Below, one piece after another: positions 47,880-61,000 of a stretch of 64,000 bases of DNA. The stretch comes from Raillietiella orientalis. Lineage: Eukaryota. The notes beneath the pieces are model-generated. The model saw nothing but the letters and a program-made list of their open reading frames with translations. It searched no databases and was not told where the DNA came from. The position numbers were made by a program, and so were the translations under genes. Where the stretch lies: the NCBI GenBank assembly GCA_036172245.1, contig JAYWIR010000006.1, forward strand, positions 1,550,001 to 1,614,000, given 5' to 3'. The first letter of the stretch is position 1. Each line of letters starts with the position of its first letter.

Positions 47880-48700
47880 GCTGAGAAGGGACGAAGAGGG
47901 GCTTCCCTGAAGGGCATTTCCTGAGAGCAGCCCCGTAACAGAAGATGATGAATAAAAAAGGAAAGGAGAGGAAGGGAGGGGAGTGAATCGTACGTGGAAA
48001 TGAAGGGGGGATGAGGAAGAGGAGGGAGAGGGAAGTCTCTGCATGAGCACGCGTTGTCAGGGAGACCGAGGGGAGTGTTTGCAACAGCTGGAGAAGGGAC
48101 TTTGCGTGTCGCGGAACGCGCAGATGGTGGAGGATGGTAGCAGCCTGTCCCTACGAAAAGCCTGTGCTGGAGGGGAGGGGGGGGGGCAGCGACCTCTCCA
48201 TCCCTCTCCCTGAGCCTGCCGTCCGAAGCGCAGGTGGGAAGGGAGGGGAAGCCAGCGGACGAGGCTTCCGATGGCCGAGGGTAGCAGGGATCACGTTGAA
48301 CTCCAGGGACATGACCAGAATCCTGGAAAACGGGCCCCCACGCCAGGGCGGAGGTGGGGGACGCCTCAAGCAAAGAGGAAGCCGCGGAAGGCGGGAGTGG
48401 GGGAGAAGGCATGAAAGGCGTAAACTAAAGAGTGGAGGATGGACAGGAGGAAAGCGATCCATCACAGTACATCCAGGTGCAAGGGCATCTGCCGTCCACG
48501 GTCCATGGACTTGTCACGCCATTATCCTGCTTTGAAAGAGAATTGGAAGCGTTCGTTCATCCTTTTAACAAGGGAAGTCCTTCCGGTGCAACTGAATTCT
48601 TGTTACCCTAGTCACTTCGGTCACAAGACGACAAGTGGAGGATGGACGTCGATCACCCTCCACTGCTCTTCCGCTTCCCGGGCGAAGCCGGACGGCAATG
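47880..48700 (+). mobile_element. Ty3/gypsy RT and integrase fragments
   Basis: AAP*QKMMNK (RT); KLKSGGWTG; 48459-48627 is a direct repeat of the integrase segment 46365-46530. Confidence 0.55.
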
Positions 48701-48819
48701 AGAATCATCACGCGAGGTCAAACCAAGACTGCCACGTCTCCCGAGAGCGCCGCCTCAGTAGGGATAGGGACTTAGTGGAAGAAGCGCCCGCGGATGAAAG
48801 GGAGGACGGGTTATAGAAT

Positions 48820-48965
48820 GTTTCGTCCATCTTCTTCTTGCTTTCTCCTCTCTTCCTCTTCCTCCTTCTTTTCTCTTCCTTTTCCTCTTCCTTCTCTCTT
48901 GTTCCTTCCTTTCCTTCTCATTTCTGCTGCTCCCCTTCCCTTCCTTCTCCTCCTCCTCCTTGCTC
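48820..48965. repeat. Pyrimidine-rich low-complexity tract
   Basis: Directly visible (CTT/CCT). Confidence 0.9.
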
Positions 48966-49499
48966 GAGAGACGCGCCTTCACTGACGAAAAGGGTCTCCC
49001 ACATTTCCGAAGGCTAGGTCGCGAGCTGCTGCTTCCTCCAGGGTGAGCCAGAGGATGGGAAGAGGACAGCACCGACCGAACTTGGCGCGAGCCACCTGCC
49101 ACGATGCGCATGCGCGCCCCGACTCTAGGGGTAATCACCAGGAATCCCTCCAGCCCGCGCGCGCGCGTCCATACGTAACAAGGACGTGTCCACCAGTGCT
49201 GCCTCTTTTGGAAGAAGAGATCCACCGAGCGAATGGATCGCCTCTTCCAGATGAGGTGAGGGAGAGAGGAGGAGGGATCAAAGCCGTCATGCTCTTTTGT
49301 TTCCCTCCTTCCTTATTTTCCCTTCTCCTTTAGGGGAGATCGCAGGCGGCAGAAGCTGACGGCGTCTGCCCTAGGGAGAGAGGGAAAACGGGCTAGGGGG
49401 ACGTGCAGCCTCATTCCTCCGGGTGACCCCGGCGACGCGGTGACGGCCCGTGAGCTTCAGCCGCGTCCAGAAGGTCTCTTCCTCCCTCCCTCCACTCTT

Positions 49500-52000
49500 G
49501 CTTCCGCTGGCTTGATCTCCCGCGCCTTCCTAGAAGGACTCTCGTAGGTGCGGTCGCCTCCTAGAAACCGGAGCCTCCCTCTTAAAGAGAAGACCTTCTG
49601 GTTTTCCAGGAGAGATCGGGCGGTGGACCCAGGCATGCTGGACGCAACTCCCTGGACGGGCGCTGCCGGATTCCTGAGAAGGGAACACAGGAGCCGCTGG
49701 GGATTTCGCTGTCCGGAGGATCCCTCGGCAAAGTCCTCCCTGCCAGTGAATTTTTTTGCTGACCCTCCTATTCCTCATTTCCGGCCCTCGTTCATCTTCC
49801 TTTGCCCTTTCCCCTTCCCTTACTCGTCCCGCTGGTGCTACTGCTCTCTCTCTTCCGCGGGCTCGCCACAGATGCTGTCAAGAGAGTCGCCCCAGGAGAA
49901 AGAAAATAGGAGAAATAGAAAGCTTTGATCTTGATGGATGGACGAGGGACACCGGACCGCTGCTCTTCGCTCCCCCTCGGGTTCGCGGTGCCTGCTCCAG
50001 AGCACCAAGGAGGCTGTCCCCCTCTTGGAGCACCCTGAGGGACCGCAGATCTCTCTACCAGGAAATTGCGGCCCGAAACCTGCCCTGGGAGGTGGCGGAA
50101 GAGTGTTTGATCATCCTGGAACCTTCCTTTTCCCAGGATCACATCCAGCCCATCCAATTTCGTTTGTATTTTCCTCCTTGCACCCGTTTCTTCCGCAGTG
50201 CTAGCCGCCCTTCAGATTCTCAGACCTTTTACTTCCGAGACGCCTGAGATGCCGCCGCCTCTGGGCGCGACAGGCAGGAAAGGAGGAGGGAGCACAGAGT
50301 CCTCCTCCCTGATTCCTTCCCTTTCCCTCTGAAGCCTTCCTCCACCTCCTTCCTCCATTTCCTCTTCCCGACCCCAGGGAGCGGCTGCTGCTGATCCTGG
50401 AACGGGGCGGATTCGGAAGGACAGGGCGACTCCCCTTCCTGCAACGGGCAGCCAGCGGTTCCCGCCACCCTACTGGGTCTCCTGACGACGGGTGAAGCTG
50501 CAGAACGTTCCCGCCGGGAGGCGCGCGGCCCACGGGTCCCATTACTCCCTCGAGAGTGGCCACCTGTGGGAGGCTCTGGGCAGCGCTCCAAGCTGCTCCC
50601 TCCTCCAGGGAGCGGCCTGGAAGAGTCACCTCGGACCGCTATGGTAATCGGATGCTCCGCCTCGGTAGGGAGGTCGGCATGAGGGCCGTGGGGCCATCCT
50701 TCGAAAGCGAGGCGAGCTTGGAGTCTCCTCCCGTCTTTCGGCGCAGGTAATCTCAACCCTGATCCATCTTTGCCTCAGGCTCTGCAGACCCCGGGACATT
50801 TTTTTTTTCGCGGGACCTTTTTCCACTCTCTCTCTCTCTCTCTCTTTCTCTCCCTCCCCTCCCACCTCGTCCCTTCCATTCTACTTCCAGTCCTTTCCCC
50901 GAGCTCGTAAAAATCGAGCCCTCCTAGGGCATCAGCGGGTTTTTCGCCTCGGTCCTCTCGCCGCTCTCCAGGTGCCTGGGACGATGTACCTTCCAAGGGA
51001 GGGGAGCACCTTAGCATGCTGGAGCAGCTGCGCCCATTTGCCTGCGGTTCCTCGGAAAAGGCTGCTCTCTTCTTCGTCCCCATTTCCCCCCTTTTCTTTC
51101 CTTTCTCACCTCCCTTCCTTGCAAGTTCCGGATGTTCGGCCCACTCCAAGCCTCTCTGAGGTCAGCGGTTCGGTCGCTCCGGGTTACCGCAGCGACCCTT
51201 CGCCCGCCTGCGTCCCCGTACGAGGAGCTCCTTCCCCGGAGGCGTCCCGGGGAGTAGCGCACCGGCCAGGAGGCACCCGGGAGACAACAAATTGGGCTGA
51301 AAGGCTCTTGCCCTCTTCTTCCAGATGGGAAAGCTGGAGGCACGAAGCGCGCGCGCGGAGGCCGCGCTCCACCCGCTCACGCCACTCCCGGGGTGTTTCG
51401 ACCGTGGCCGGGTGGCTTCCTCCTGGACGTCTCACGAGCCGTCGCTCAATCTCCTTTGTTCCGGGAGCGCGTGGCTCCCAAGCGCGCCGTCGCTCCGGCA
51501 ACCTCTCGAGCATGCTGCCGCCGCGAGGCTCTCACACGGGGTCCCACTCTTCCAGAACCTGCCCGAGATTCCAAGCGAATTCCCGGAGCGTCCTATCTGG
51601 GCTCATCACCGGAGCAGATTCTCTTCCCTCCTCGTGCCGGGCTGCCGCGGCATCATCCAGCCGTTCTTTTTGCTCTGGAGCGGAAGGCGCGCACAAGGAC
51701 GTTGCCGTGGCAGCCGCCATTTCCGGTCCCGAGAGGGTTTCCAGGGTTTCCCTCCTCCTCCATTCCTCCTTCTCCTCCGATCTCATCACGCCCACTCGCG
51801 CCGACGGAGAGGTCCTCTCCCTCCCCTCCTGGAAGTTCCGGCCCGAGAGGTCGTCTCAGACTATGGTGGCCAGAGAAGTGGAGAAGATCCCGTGCTGAGG
51901 AGAACGCCCTGGTTTCCTGAGTGAGGGGAGGATGTCCCCTTAGCACCTGACAACGCTGAGTCCCTTACCCGAGGGAGGCAAACGGCAGTAGCCGAGTTGG
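49500..52000 (+). mobile_element. Ty3/gypsy RT, RH, INT and chromodomain remnants (probably two elements)
   Basis: NLPWEVAEECLIILEPSF...RSAS (RT connection/RNase H); RERPGRVTSDRYG (integrase core); NLSSMLP...HTGSHSS; WQPPFPV (GPF); REVEKI (chromodomain start, ~51880). Confidence 0.55.
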
Positions 52001-52099
52001 GGAGTCGGCAAGTCGCCTGCTGTCAGGAAGAAACCGCTAGATGTTTGGACCACAGTCAGGCTGATCCCATTGCCTCGACAGATGGACTCATCCGCTGGG

Positions 52100-54150
52100 C
52101 CCTACTTCTGGAGAATACTCTGGAGAATCTCTCCAGAAGTTCTGGTACGGCCCGTAGGGTTGCTTTTTAGCGTCCTCCCGAACAAGGGGCGGGAGTCAGC
52201 CTGCTTGCCATCGTACCGGGGTCTCCCAGACGACGCGTCCGCCGGCACCGCTGTGGAGTCGGGAGCAGCGAGAACCTCCAGACGCCGCAGGCGTGGAGAG
52301 CGAGAATCTCTACTGCACCTGCTCTTAGATTGCGTTTCCCCCCGGTCCTTGTAGGACCGTCCAACGGCGGCCCTCCGGACCCCGATGGTGAATCCTAGGG
52401 ACGTCTCCCAACCGCCTCTCCGTGTGGGACGCACTGCCTCCGGCCGGTGAGGTCATCAGCAGCTCCTTGTTGCTTTTGCGAGACTGTGGCGGAACGGAAT
52501 GCGCCGCCGATGAAGGCCGCAACGGTAGGGATTTCCATCCTCTTTGCTTCCTCTGGGTACCAACAAGATGCTCCTGCCCGGGACCCATGAAGCAGGAATT
52601 TGCCTGGCATCTTCGGAAGGATGCAAAGGACGCCGAACGACGGGCAGCAACCCCCTCCCGAAATCCTGCTCCGGGTCCTCGAAGTCTCCGCATGTATTTT
52701 TGCTGCTTTTTTGTTTCGCTTTCTGTCTCCTCCCCATTCTCCTCCGCTCCTTCGCCAAAATGGACGTCTCCGATCCGCGTGCCGGCCATTCCGGCGAGTT
52801 CCTGGTTCCCTGGGAACGCGACAGGGCACCCCGCAGTCCTGCCTCTGCGTTTTCCCGCGCGTTCTCGTTAACGAACGAACGTCTCCGGCGTGACCGGGAG
52901 CGGGAGAGGGCCGTCAGCGTCGCGTCCTGCGCACCCTCCGCTCGACGGGGCGCAGTCGCGGGAAAGCGGCTCATGCGGGTGATGGCGCTCAGGCGCGGTC
53001 GGAAGGGGAGGAGGCTCGCCTTCTCGGATCTGCAGCCGCGGGTCCCCCTCCGGTTTCGAACGGTCAGTGCAGCTGCGGCGGGAAGTCGGGAGGCGACGAA
53101 GGCGCGATGACCCGGCCCGGTAGCTGCGCGGGGGCCTTTCCTGCCTCGCGGTCGGCACGGCAACGACAACACAACTACCACCACCACGGCGGGCTGGAGA
53201 GTGGAGAGAGCTGCTCAGGGCTCCACCCTCCCTCCCTCTGCTCATGGCGGGCAGGAGTGGGGGTGGGATAGGAGGAGACGCGGACGTCCAAGTTCCGCGG
53301 ACAACGGTCTTTCCTCGCTCCTACTTCTTCCTCTTCGTGGTGATCCCCTCCTCCTCCTCCTTTCCGCCTGCTCCATTCCTCCACTAAGCAGATATGTGTG
53401 CAGGTATTTATCTGCGCGGTTATCTAGGAATGGGGGGGCGCTTTCCTCTTCTCGAGATGCTCCCTATTTATTTCACATTTCTGATCTAGATCTGTTGCCC
53501 GAAAGGGGATCAAAACAAAATGAAAAAAAAAAAACGGGAACGGAGGGCCGTAGATCGATAGCGTCCCGGTCAGAGGTAATTTTTTTTTTTTTAAATGAAG
53601 GGCACGTCTCTGAGGAGGAGGAGGAGGAGGAAGAGGGTCGGTTGTTTTTAAAAGAGAGAGAAAAAAAAACAAAGGAAATCGGCGGTCCACATGCGCAGAT
53701 GACGAAACCGAAACAGAGGCCCATCACAGAGCGCAGCCACCTTGCGAAGGAGGATCCCGCGTCTCTCCGGCGACATCCTTCATCCCCTTTTCCTCTCCTT
53801 CCATCCTTTCCCTGCCTCTCCTCCCTTCCTCCTCCTCCTTCTCCCTTCTTTGGTGCCCTCGAGAGCCTGTGCTGCAGGGCGAGTGTCCGTTCCCTCGGCT
53901 TCAGGGAGCGGCCTAAGACTCCGGAACCACTCTCGAACCCCCCTGCTAGGCCGAATCCTTTCACCCTTCGTAATCGTGCATTCCTCGTCCGGACCGGAGT
54001 CCCCATCTTCGGTATCATCTGCGTGCGGATGAGTTGAGGAGGGGCGACGCAAGATTTCCGAACGCGCAGTCCCTGAAGACGTCTCTCTATGTCGTCCATC
54101 CATCCGTCTTTCTGTTTTTCTTTTGCCTTGCCTCAGGGGCGATGGTGGCA
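52100..54150 (-). mobile_element. Ty3/gypsy gag-PR-RT remnant
   Basis: DIERRLQGLRVRKSCV (gag); GLCFGF (zinc-knuckle remnant); ITAQINTCTHICL (~ALIDTGATHxFI, ~53410); DVHFG...QKYMRRL...ANSCFMGPGQEHLVG (RT). Confidence 0.6.
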
Positions 54151-54399
54151 CACGCGACGCGAACGAGTCTGGGAAGAGTTCTACCCTCCGCACGAGGAGG
54201 GACGGTGGGCTGCGTGGCTTGCCACCTGACGGCGGCGCCGTGGAACTTCGGCGGCGGAACGGGTTCGCAGGAGCGCTGGGGGGGGGGGGGGGGAAGGAGG
54301 AGGAGGAGGACAGGGTGGCGGTGACGAAGGGGGAAGAAGGTGGGGGGAGGTGGGGGAAGTGAGCGACGACGAAAGTTCTGGAAGAACCGAGATGGATGG

Positions 54400-57000
54400 A
54401 TGCGCCGTGGAAGCGGACGCAGCCAAGCGAGCTGACGGAGAACGAAGCCAACGAGCGATCAGTAGGACGAGACAAATGGCGCGAAATCTCCATCTCGGAG
54501 CCACACATCATCCTGACCCTGCAGCTTCAAATCTGAAAGATCGATAAGGTGCAAAGGAGAGCCTCTTCGTCTTCCGCAGCGGCAACCGACGGCTTTCGAC
54601 AGCTCTCCCCGGAAAGCACGATGCGGACGGACGTGTCTGGCTTCGCGCTTGTCACGGGAGCAGCCTCGAGTCTCGGAAGATGCGATAACGCAGCATCTCG
54701 CGCGCTCTCTTCACCTTCCCCCCCCCCCCTTCTCCCCCCTTCTTCTTCGGCTCTTCCGAAAGCCGCCGTGTGTTCCACCAGAAGTCCTTCGGCCGCCGTC
54801 CGGGAGAGGTCGGCCGGAAAGGTTAGAGAGGATCGTTCGAGGAAGAGAGTTGCCCCGAAGAGGACTCCTGGGCAGTTTCGGGGTTTGCTCCATCTCCCGG
54901 ATCGGGGGCTCGAAGGCGGTTCTTACGCTCCCCACCCGCCCCCGGAAGGTCCGGAGCTTTTGTCATTTTCGTTCGAGGTGTCGCCGCCCGCTCAAGAAAG
55001 CGCGTGCGCACTCGGCGCTCGGTGCGCGACTTTCGCGGTGCCTCTCGTCGAAGAGATCCGAGCGTTCCTGCTAGCGCTTCCAGCGCCGTGACCTCCCGCC
55101 AGCGCTCGCGGACAGTGGCCTTTCCCCGCTTTCCTTTCCCCGCCCCCTCCCTTTCCCTCCAGAGGATGAGTAGGTGTGCAGCTGGACCGAGCTAGAGAAC
55201 ACGTGGAATTCGGTCGCCAAGGGGACTCTCATCGCCGCTATGGGCTCATGGCCTGTTGCTCTACCCCTCCTCTCCTCCATCCCCCTTCCATGGTTCAGGG
55301 GAAGCAGGGAGGCGCTTCCCGCTTTCGGGACGGTCGCGTGCGATTCCCGAGGATACTCGCGTTCTGAAATCCTTGACAGATCGGGGGTGGCGCAACGTTC
55401 TCCGTCAGAGGAGGTGGTGGCGCTGACGATAGCACTTTTTTTTTTTTTGTTGTTGTTGTCTTTGCTTTCTCTCCCTCTCTCTCCCTCGGGGAAACACCGT
55501 CGCTTCCCCACGTCAGCACGAGAAAAGAAAAGACTCGGAGAATCCATCTTGGATTGCCATGGAGCGGCGCGTCCGCACTGCGTGCAGCTCGACGATTTAT
55601 GAGCCAAGAAAAATTTTCCAATCCGAGACTGATGGCTCCTCAGGAGAAGAAGAAGAAGAAGAAAATAATCAGAGCATCTGAAGCATACCTCAGGACTGTC
55701 TCTCGCGCCCGCGTGGAAAAGGGGGGGGGGGGGGGGGGAAACGTCGATAGAGTTCCGAAAATAGAATGCCTTGCTTTGCATGGCTGCCCTCGGGCACTGC
55801 GGATACGTCACGATTTCTCCTCCAGCGTGCGGAGAGAAGGAGAAATCGAGGAGGGGAAATCGAAAGTTAATTGACTGGATTCCCGCGTATTCTTAGAACG
55901 GTGGTGGCATTGAAGTCCAGCGCCGTCTTGCGCGTTGCCCCTCCGTCTTCACTGATCTGGAAAGCACGTCGTAATCGCTTCATCTGCTGCCGGCGCGGTG
56001 GGCGCAGCACGGCCGCCGCGCGCCCTCTTTCGGACCGCACCTCCGATGTCCGCCGCCGAGCGGCCGAGAATTTTTCGCCCTCCTCGCCCTTGCAAGGGCT
56101 GGTCCCCCCCTCTCCCTACGTCCTCTGGGCGCTCCTCTCCCTCGGTAACAGCCAACGATCTTCATCGGCAGGAGCTCGTCTCGGCGATCAACATCTGTTG
56201 TGCTTCTAATGACTGCTAGTGCTGTACCATTTATCAGCTCGATAGCTGCCCGCTGAGAAGCGCCACGAGCAGGAAGGTGGGCACCCAGCGAAATTTTCGC
56301 CTCCGTTCGTCCGTCGCGTAACCCGACCGACGGCGCGGTCATCGGAGCGCTTTGAGGGCGCGTTCGGCGGATCCCTTCAAGGTCGCGGGAAACGTTTCGT
56401 GCGGCAAGACGGCAACTCTTTTCCCCGCTACGTTAGCACCGCCCCTCCCCCTTCCTCCTCCTCCTCCTCCTCCTCGGGAAGGCAGGGCTCCTGCCTTTCG
56501 GCGCTTGCTCAGGAAAGTCGAAAATTCCCACAGCAGCACCTCCATGCAGCCTCGGGGTGTAGAGGGTGGGAGGATGGACCTCAACTGTGGCAGATGCGGG
56601 AAGCGCGAATCTCTCCCCAGCCTGCTTGTGGGTTGTGTCGCCGCCCGGTCCATCCGGGAACGCTTCGTCGTGACCCTAGGGGACCCCCGGCGGCAACTAA
56701 GGCGACACTTTACGACCCCTCCTCCCACGCGACGCCCTTCGGCCGGCAGCCTCGCTAGCAGCCCTCTGCTGCCTGCCTACGCGGGATTGTAGCGGCCTGG
56801 AGGGACGCAAGGGGAGGATCAAACGACAGGGGTGCCACATCCACTTCTCTGCCCGATTCATCAAGACAGCAACGAGATGGAGCCATCTGGACAGCAATAT
56901 CCAGCAAGAGCTTGCCGGCATCCTCCAAAGAATGCAGGATCCTGTCCCAGAAATCCCTTCTCTCACCCCCCAATTTATTTTCATTTTTGTTCTTTCTCCC
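54400..57000 (-). mobile_element. Ty3/gypsy gag-RT-RH remnant
   Basis: LVAVLMNRAEKWMW (gag); GATRKTALDFNATTV; CFRCSDYFLL...SHQSRIGKFF (~VYxDDxLI...H...F); GW...EQQAM. Confidence 0.55.
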
Positions 57001-57499
57001 TTTTTGCTTTCACCCTCCCCTCTGCTGCCGTGGCTGACCCCGCCGGTCTGCATACCGGCAACGCGGCAGGTTCGTTCTGAAACGAATGTGGTTGGACCAC
57101 CGGTCCCATGTGCCGGAATCCTCGCTCTGCGTTTCTGAGCAGCTCCGACGTCCCCTGCTTTCTCTTTGCTCTGCCTACCTGACGAACGCCGCGTGATTGT
57201 CAGCGTCGCAGCTTCCAGTTTCCTCCGCCGTATCTAGAGCTCATGTTTCACTTCCGACTGTGCCTTCCTGCTGCTACCTCGCTCCTTGAGGTTTCCATCC
57301 ACGGCGCATGCTGGCGCTTCATTCCACCTTCGCCCCAGTATGGCCATCCTCTTCACCAGGAGGACCCCGGGTAGCTCGCTGCAGCACTGTCCCCTCCCGG
57401 CAGCTGGCAGCGCTCCGTTCCCTTGAGGAGCCGCTGGAATCTGCTTCACTTGCCTTCCCCCCCGCCGTCCCGTTCGCGAGCCTAGTGGGGGAGGTCTGC

Positions 57500-58650
57500 A
57501 GACCGCTCTCTCTCCCGTGCCGCGCGAGTGCTGCGGCGGAGACGGCCGGTCCACGGCTCACGCCTCGCCTCTTCCGAGACGAGGAGCCTCGGGGACGACG
57601 ACGACTCCCGGGGCACGATCCCGGAGATCCAAGGAGGACGCCGGCGTCGTGCGTGAGCTCCGAAAGACGCGGCGCAACGAAGCGGGCCGTCCCCACGCCC
57701 TCTCTCGCCTGCCAACTTATTTATTTATTTTATTTATCGCTCCTCAAGGCTCCCTTCCCCTTTTCTCCGTTTATGGATCTGCCGCCGCCGCCGATCTGCA
57801 AGTCGATGACTCAGCCCCCCCCTTCTCCTACTTGAACTTCCAGGGTGAGCGTGGGATCAGCTTCCTGCCTGACGTGTTTATTTTTTCGCAAATAAACTTC
57901 CCGGATCACTTGCGCATCCTGGATTCGCCGGGCCGTTTGAACGAATAAATAAATTTTTTTCTCTCTCTTCAGTTGGGGCAGGACCGAAACGGGAGGGACT
58001 ACCCCGCGGGGGAAGGACTGGGCAGAAACAGAGGCAGAGTAGGGAGCAACGGCGGGTGAGCGGGTAGCAGGACGAACCCACTCCGCAGCGAGGGTGGATG
58101 GGACACGGTTCTCGAAGGGCCTGCAGTTCGGACGGGGGAAAAGGAGGGGAGAGATGGACGAGGGCGTGCGTTCATCGGTTTCGAGCGAGCGCGCAGCCAG
58201 TGACCGCCCGAGGCAACACACCCGACATTCCCAGGCTGGGACCCGTCTCCTCGCCCTTCCCGTGCAGGCAGCGGCTTCCGCGCAGGTTCTCCGGCACGAC
58301 GGCCGCGCCCACCCCTCCGATCCGGGCGGCCAACGCTGCTCGCAGAGCGGCAGGGAACGGACAGCCAGGAGGCGACCAATATGCCTGGAGAAGTGGAGAC
58401 TTCGTAGCGGATGGTGCGGGGAACGGAGCACGGGGAGAGGAGAGGCAGTGATTTATCACTCGGTCACGCTGGGACGTTCATTATATAAAAAAAAACATAC
58501 GTGTGTAGGGCCATCGGCCCTACATTGTCCGGAAATGCTCGGATCTTGCCGAGCAACCGGCACTCAGGCCGGCGAGGTTCGCCTCGCCAAGCGGAGGGAG
58601 AGCAGGCAAACAGAAAATTAAAAAAAAAAGTATATACAAAAAAAATTGGG
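57500..58650 (+). mobile_element. Ty3/gypsy RT-RH remnant
   Basis: LSLLKAPFPFSPFM; ISFLPDVFIFSQINFPDHLRILDSPGRLNE (~VYLDDILIFS...H...L); VIYHSVTL (RNase H). Confidence 0.65.
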
Positions 58651-58679
58651 AGGGCTTGGGGAGGGATCAGCGGGAGTTG

Positions 58680-59880
58680 GAGGGCGTCCTCTGCATCCTT
58701 TCCAGGATGCTGCCTTGTTCCATCCGCGTGTGCCCCAGGTGGGGCCATCTTGCTGCCGTCCTCATGAAGCGCAGGGCGAAGCAGATGGCGTCCCTCTCGT
58801 GCCGTCCTCCTCTTGCGTAGCTTTAGGCCGTCACAATCCCGCGTAGGCAGCAGCAAAGAGCTGCTGGGGACGCGGCAGCAGAAAGGGCATCCTTGGGATG
58901 GTCCGTCGGTGCACCAAGGGCCGTTGCGTAACGCAAACACGGGGACCGGAGGACAACAGAGTCCACGAGCAGATGCGGGAGCAGGGATTCCCGTTCCTCG
59001 CACCTGCAACAGTTGGGATCCACAGCCCCCCGGGTCCAGTGAAACCGGCGGGCCTTGCACGGGAGGACCCAGTGCAACAGCATCGACGTCAACCCCTGCC
59101 ACTTCAGGGGGAGACCCCGGGTGTTCTTCAGCTCTGGGGGCCACTCGAGGTGTTCCTGTGGGATTCTCAGCAGCTCACGCCAGCGCAATAGTCCCTTCGG
59201 TGGGATTGCAGCGTCCGTGAGCTGGCCTGTGCTCCATTCACTCACCTGCCTCGTCTTCTGACTGATTTCGCATCTGATCTCCCATTCGACCGGCTGGTTA
59301 CTTCTCAGGTGCTCCCTGAGGGAAGGCAGTGCCGCGGGTAGGGAGGTCCTTTGCGCCCACTCGCACGTGGTGGGCTGCCCACGATGACGTCCTGCAGCGA
59401 GCGGTTGTTGTAGAAGGAATGCAGCAGTCGCTACCACATCTCCAGGCTCGTTTCGTCGTTCTTGGTCCATGTGCGAACGGTTCCCTGCGAACTCTAAGGG
59501 AGTGGGGTGCCTCTGTGATCTGTCCCCATCGCTGCCCGGGTGCCTCCCGCATTCCGGAAGCGCACTCTGACGGTCACTCTTCCCTCAGTGGACGCGCACA
59601 CCCTGGGTACTCTCCACCCTGGGGCACAGAGACGTTTCCCACTTCCCTGACTCAGCAGATACAGGGAAGAAGGGTCCATGATGCTTCTCAGAGTATCCTT
59701 CATTATGGCGGCAATGACATACTCCCCCGCATGTGGAAAGGGTGCCGAGTGATGGAGCATGCGATCTCGTCTTTCCTGAGGGGCTTCCCTGACCACAGCG
59801 GGGATCCAGGTCACTCAGCAACCTTGGGGTTATCTGGGTCCACAAGGGGTGCTTATGCAGACTCCACGCCATCCGAGGGT
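58680..59880 (-). mobile_element. Non-LTR retrotransposon (L1/Tx1-like) ORF2 C-terminal fragment with zf-RVT zinc finger
   Basis: ORF 58823-59470(-) reads LPLKWQGLTSMLLHWVLPCKARRFHW...DPNCCRCEERESLLPHLLVD (~PxK...HxxLPT...CPxC...ESxxHLL). Upstream KWETSLCPR (~VxWxxLCxP). Better preserved than the gypsy debris. Confidence 0.75.
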
Positions 59881-59883
59881 GAG

Positions 59884-60580
59884 TGTCACTCTTCCAGTTA
59901 TAGGGGGCAACCCCGGGAGAACCACCCTATGAATCAAGAAAGGGCTCCGGAGGGAGGAATCCGTCCCTCTCACGCTTGGGATTTGACTACGAAGGAAACC
60001 TCCCCCTTGTTCTCCCCGGAGGGACTCCAAGTTTTGTGGGGTCACCCGTTTCTTTTAGGGAGGGAACTCGGAAAGGATCCGCTCCGGCTTGGTTAACTCC
60101 TTCTCTGAAGAGAACCCCGAAGAGAACAGCGCACTTCCTGTGCCCAGGAGAGGCATCCTCTGAGGGGAGTATCAACCAGTTCCATGGTACGCGACGGTGG
60201 GTCCCCCCCCGAGATAAGAGAGGATCCCACCTTCACAACCGGAGGGAAACTCCAAAGGGCTCCTTGACTCCTGGAAGGACATCTGGTGGGTCAACCTCCG
60301 ATGCCTCTGAAATTCTTGTCATTGAATGTCCAGCGTAGTCCGCGTGCGCGGAATGCGGAATCCGTTCGGAATTTCCCTCGCGAAACGCACGAGGGACGCG
60401 CACGCTGGACACCTGCCGGCCAGTCGATGGAGGCGCCCGGAAGTTTCCAGCTTCCACTGGTGCCGCACCCAAAGCCCACAGGCCAACCAGCGAGGAGGAA
60501 AGGGAGGAGAGGCTGGAAACCCACACGCACCCCACCCCCATCCCCTCATGGGATTCGGACCCGCAGCGCTTGGTGCCTCG
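59884..60580 (-). mobile_element. tRNA-headed LTR-like repeat family, copy truncated within the cassette
   Basis: Starts TGTCAC on + (…GTGACA on minus) and the body is colinear with the other copies. 60542-60580 GGATTCGGACCCGCAGCGCTTGGTGCC is the 3' half of the cassette. Confidence 0.8.
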
Positions 60581-60639
60581 TAAGCGCGGATGCCGCCGGC
60601 GCGGACAGAGGGCTGGAAAACTGGGCCAGCCCGTGGCAC

Positions 60640-60800
60640 CCGCTCTCTTTTCGCTGCCTCAAGGTTCTCCAAGGTTGCCACGGAGTCCTCGAAAGGAGGG
60701 GAGACCTTGCTCGGGACTACCGTCCGGGATGGTGCGTGGCTCGAAGGAGCGTCGCGTGTTCCTTGATCAACGCAGTCCACGCGCCGGATGAGATGAGATG
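60640..60800 (-). mobile_element. Ty3/gypsy integrase zinc-finger fragment
   Basis: WTALIKEHATLLRATHHPGR...LLSRTPWQP. Confidence 0.5.
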
Positions 60801-61000
60801 TTCCCGAGCGCGCGCTTGCTCCGTTCGCAAGCTTCTAGGAGCAGCCAAGGAGACGCAGCTGCGCCGGTGAGAAGGCGCAGGCGGGAGGTGGGAGGATGCG
60901 AGCGCACGTACCACGGCGGCACGGCTTCCTCGCCTCGCCTGCGTTCCGCTTCCAGAGCGCACCACTGCGAACCCCGCGAGGTTTCCCCTCGGAGCGCTAG

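Noticed and set aside
55721..55738. Long G runs as functional G-quadruplex or polypurine-tract signals
   Set aside because: Such runs occur throughout the window on both strands inside decayed coding remnants, which fits slippage better.
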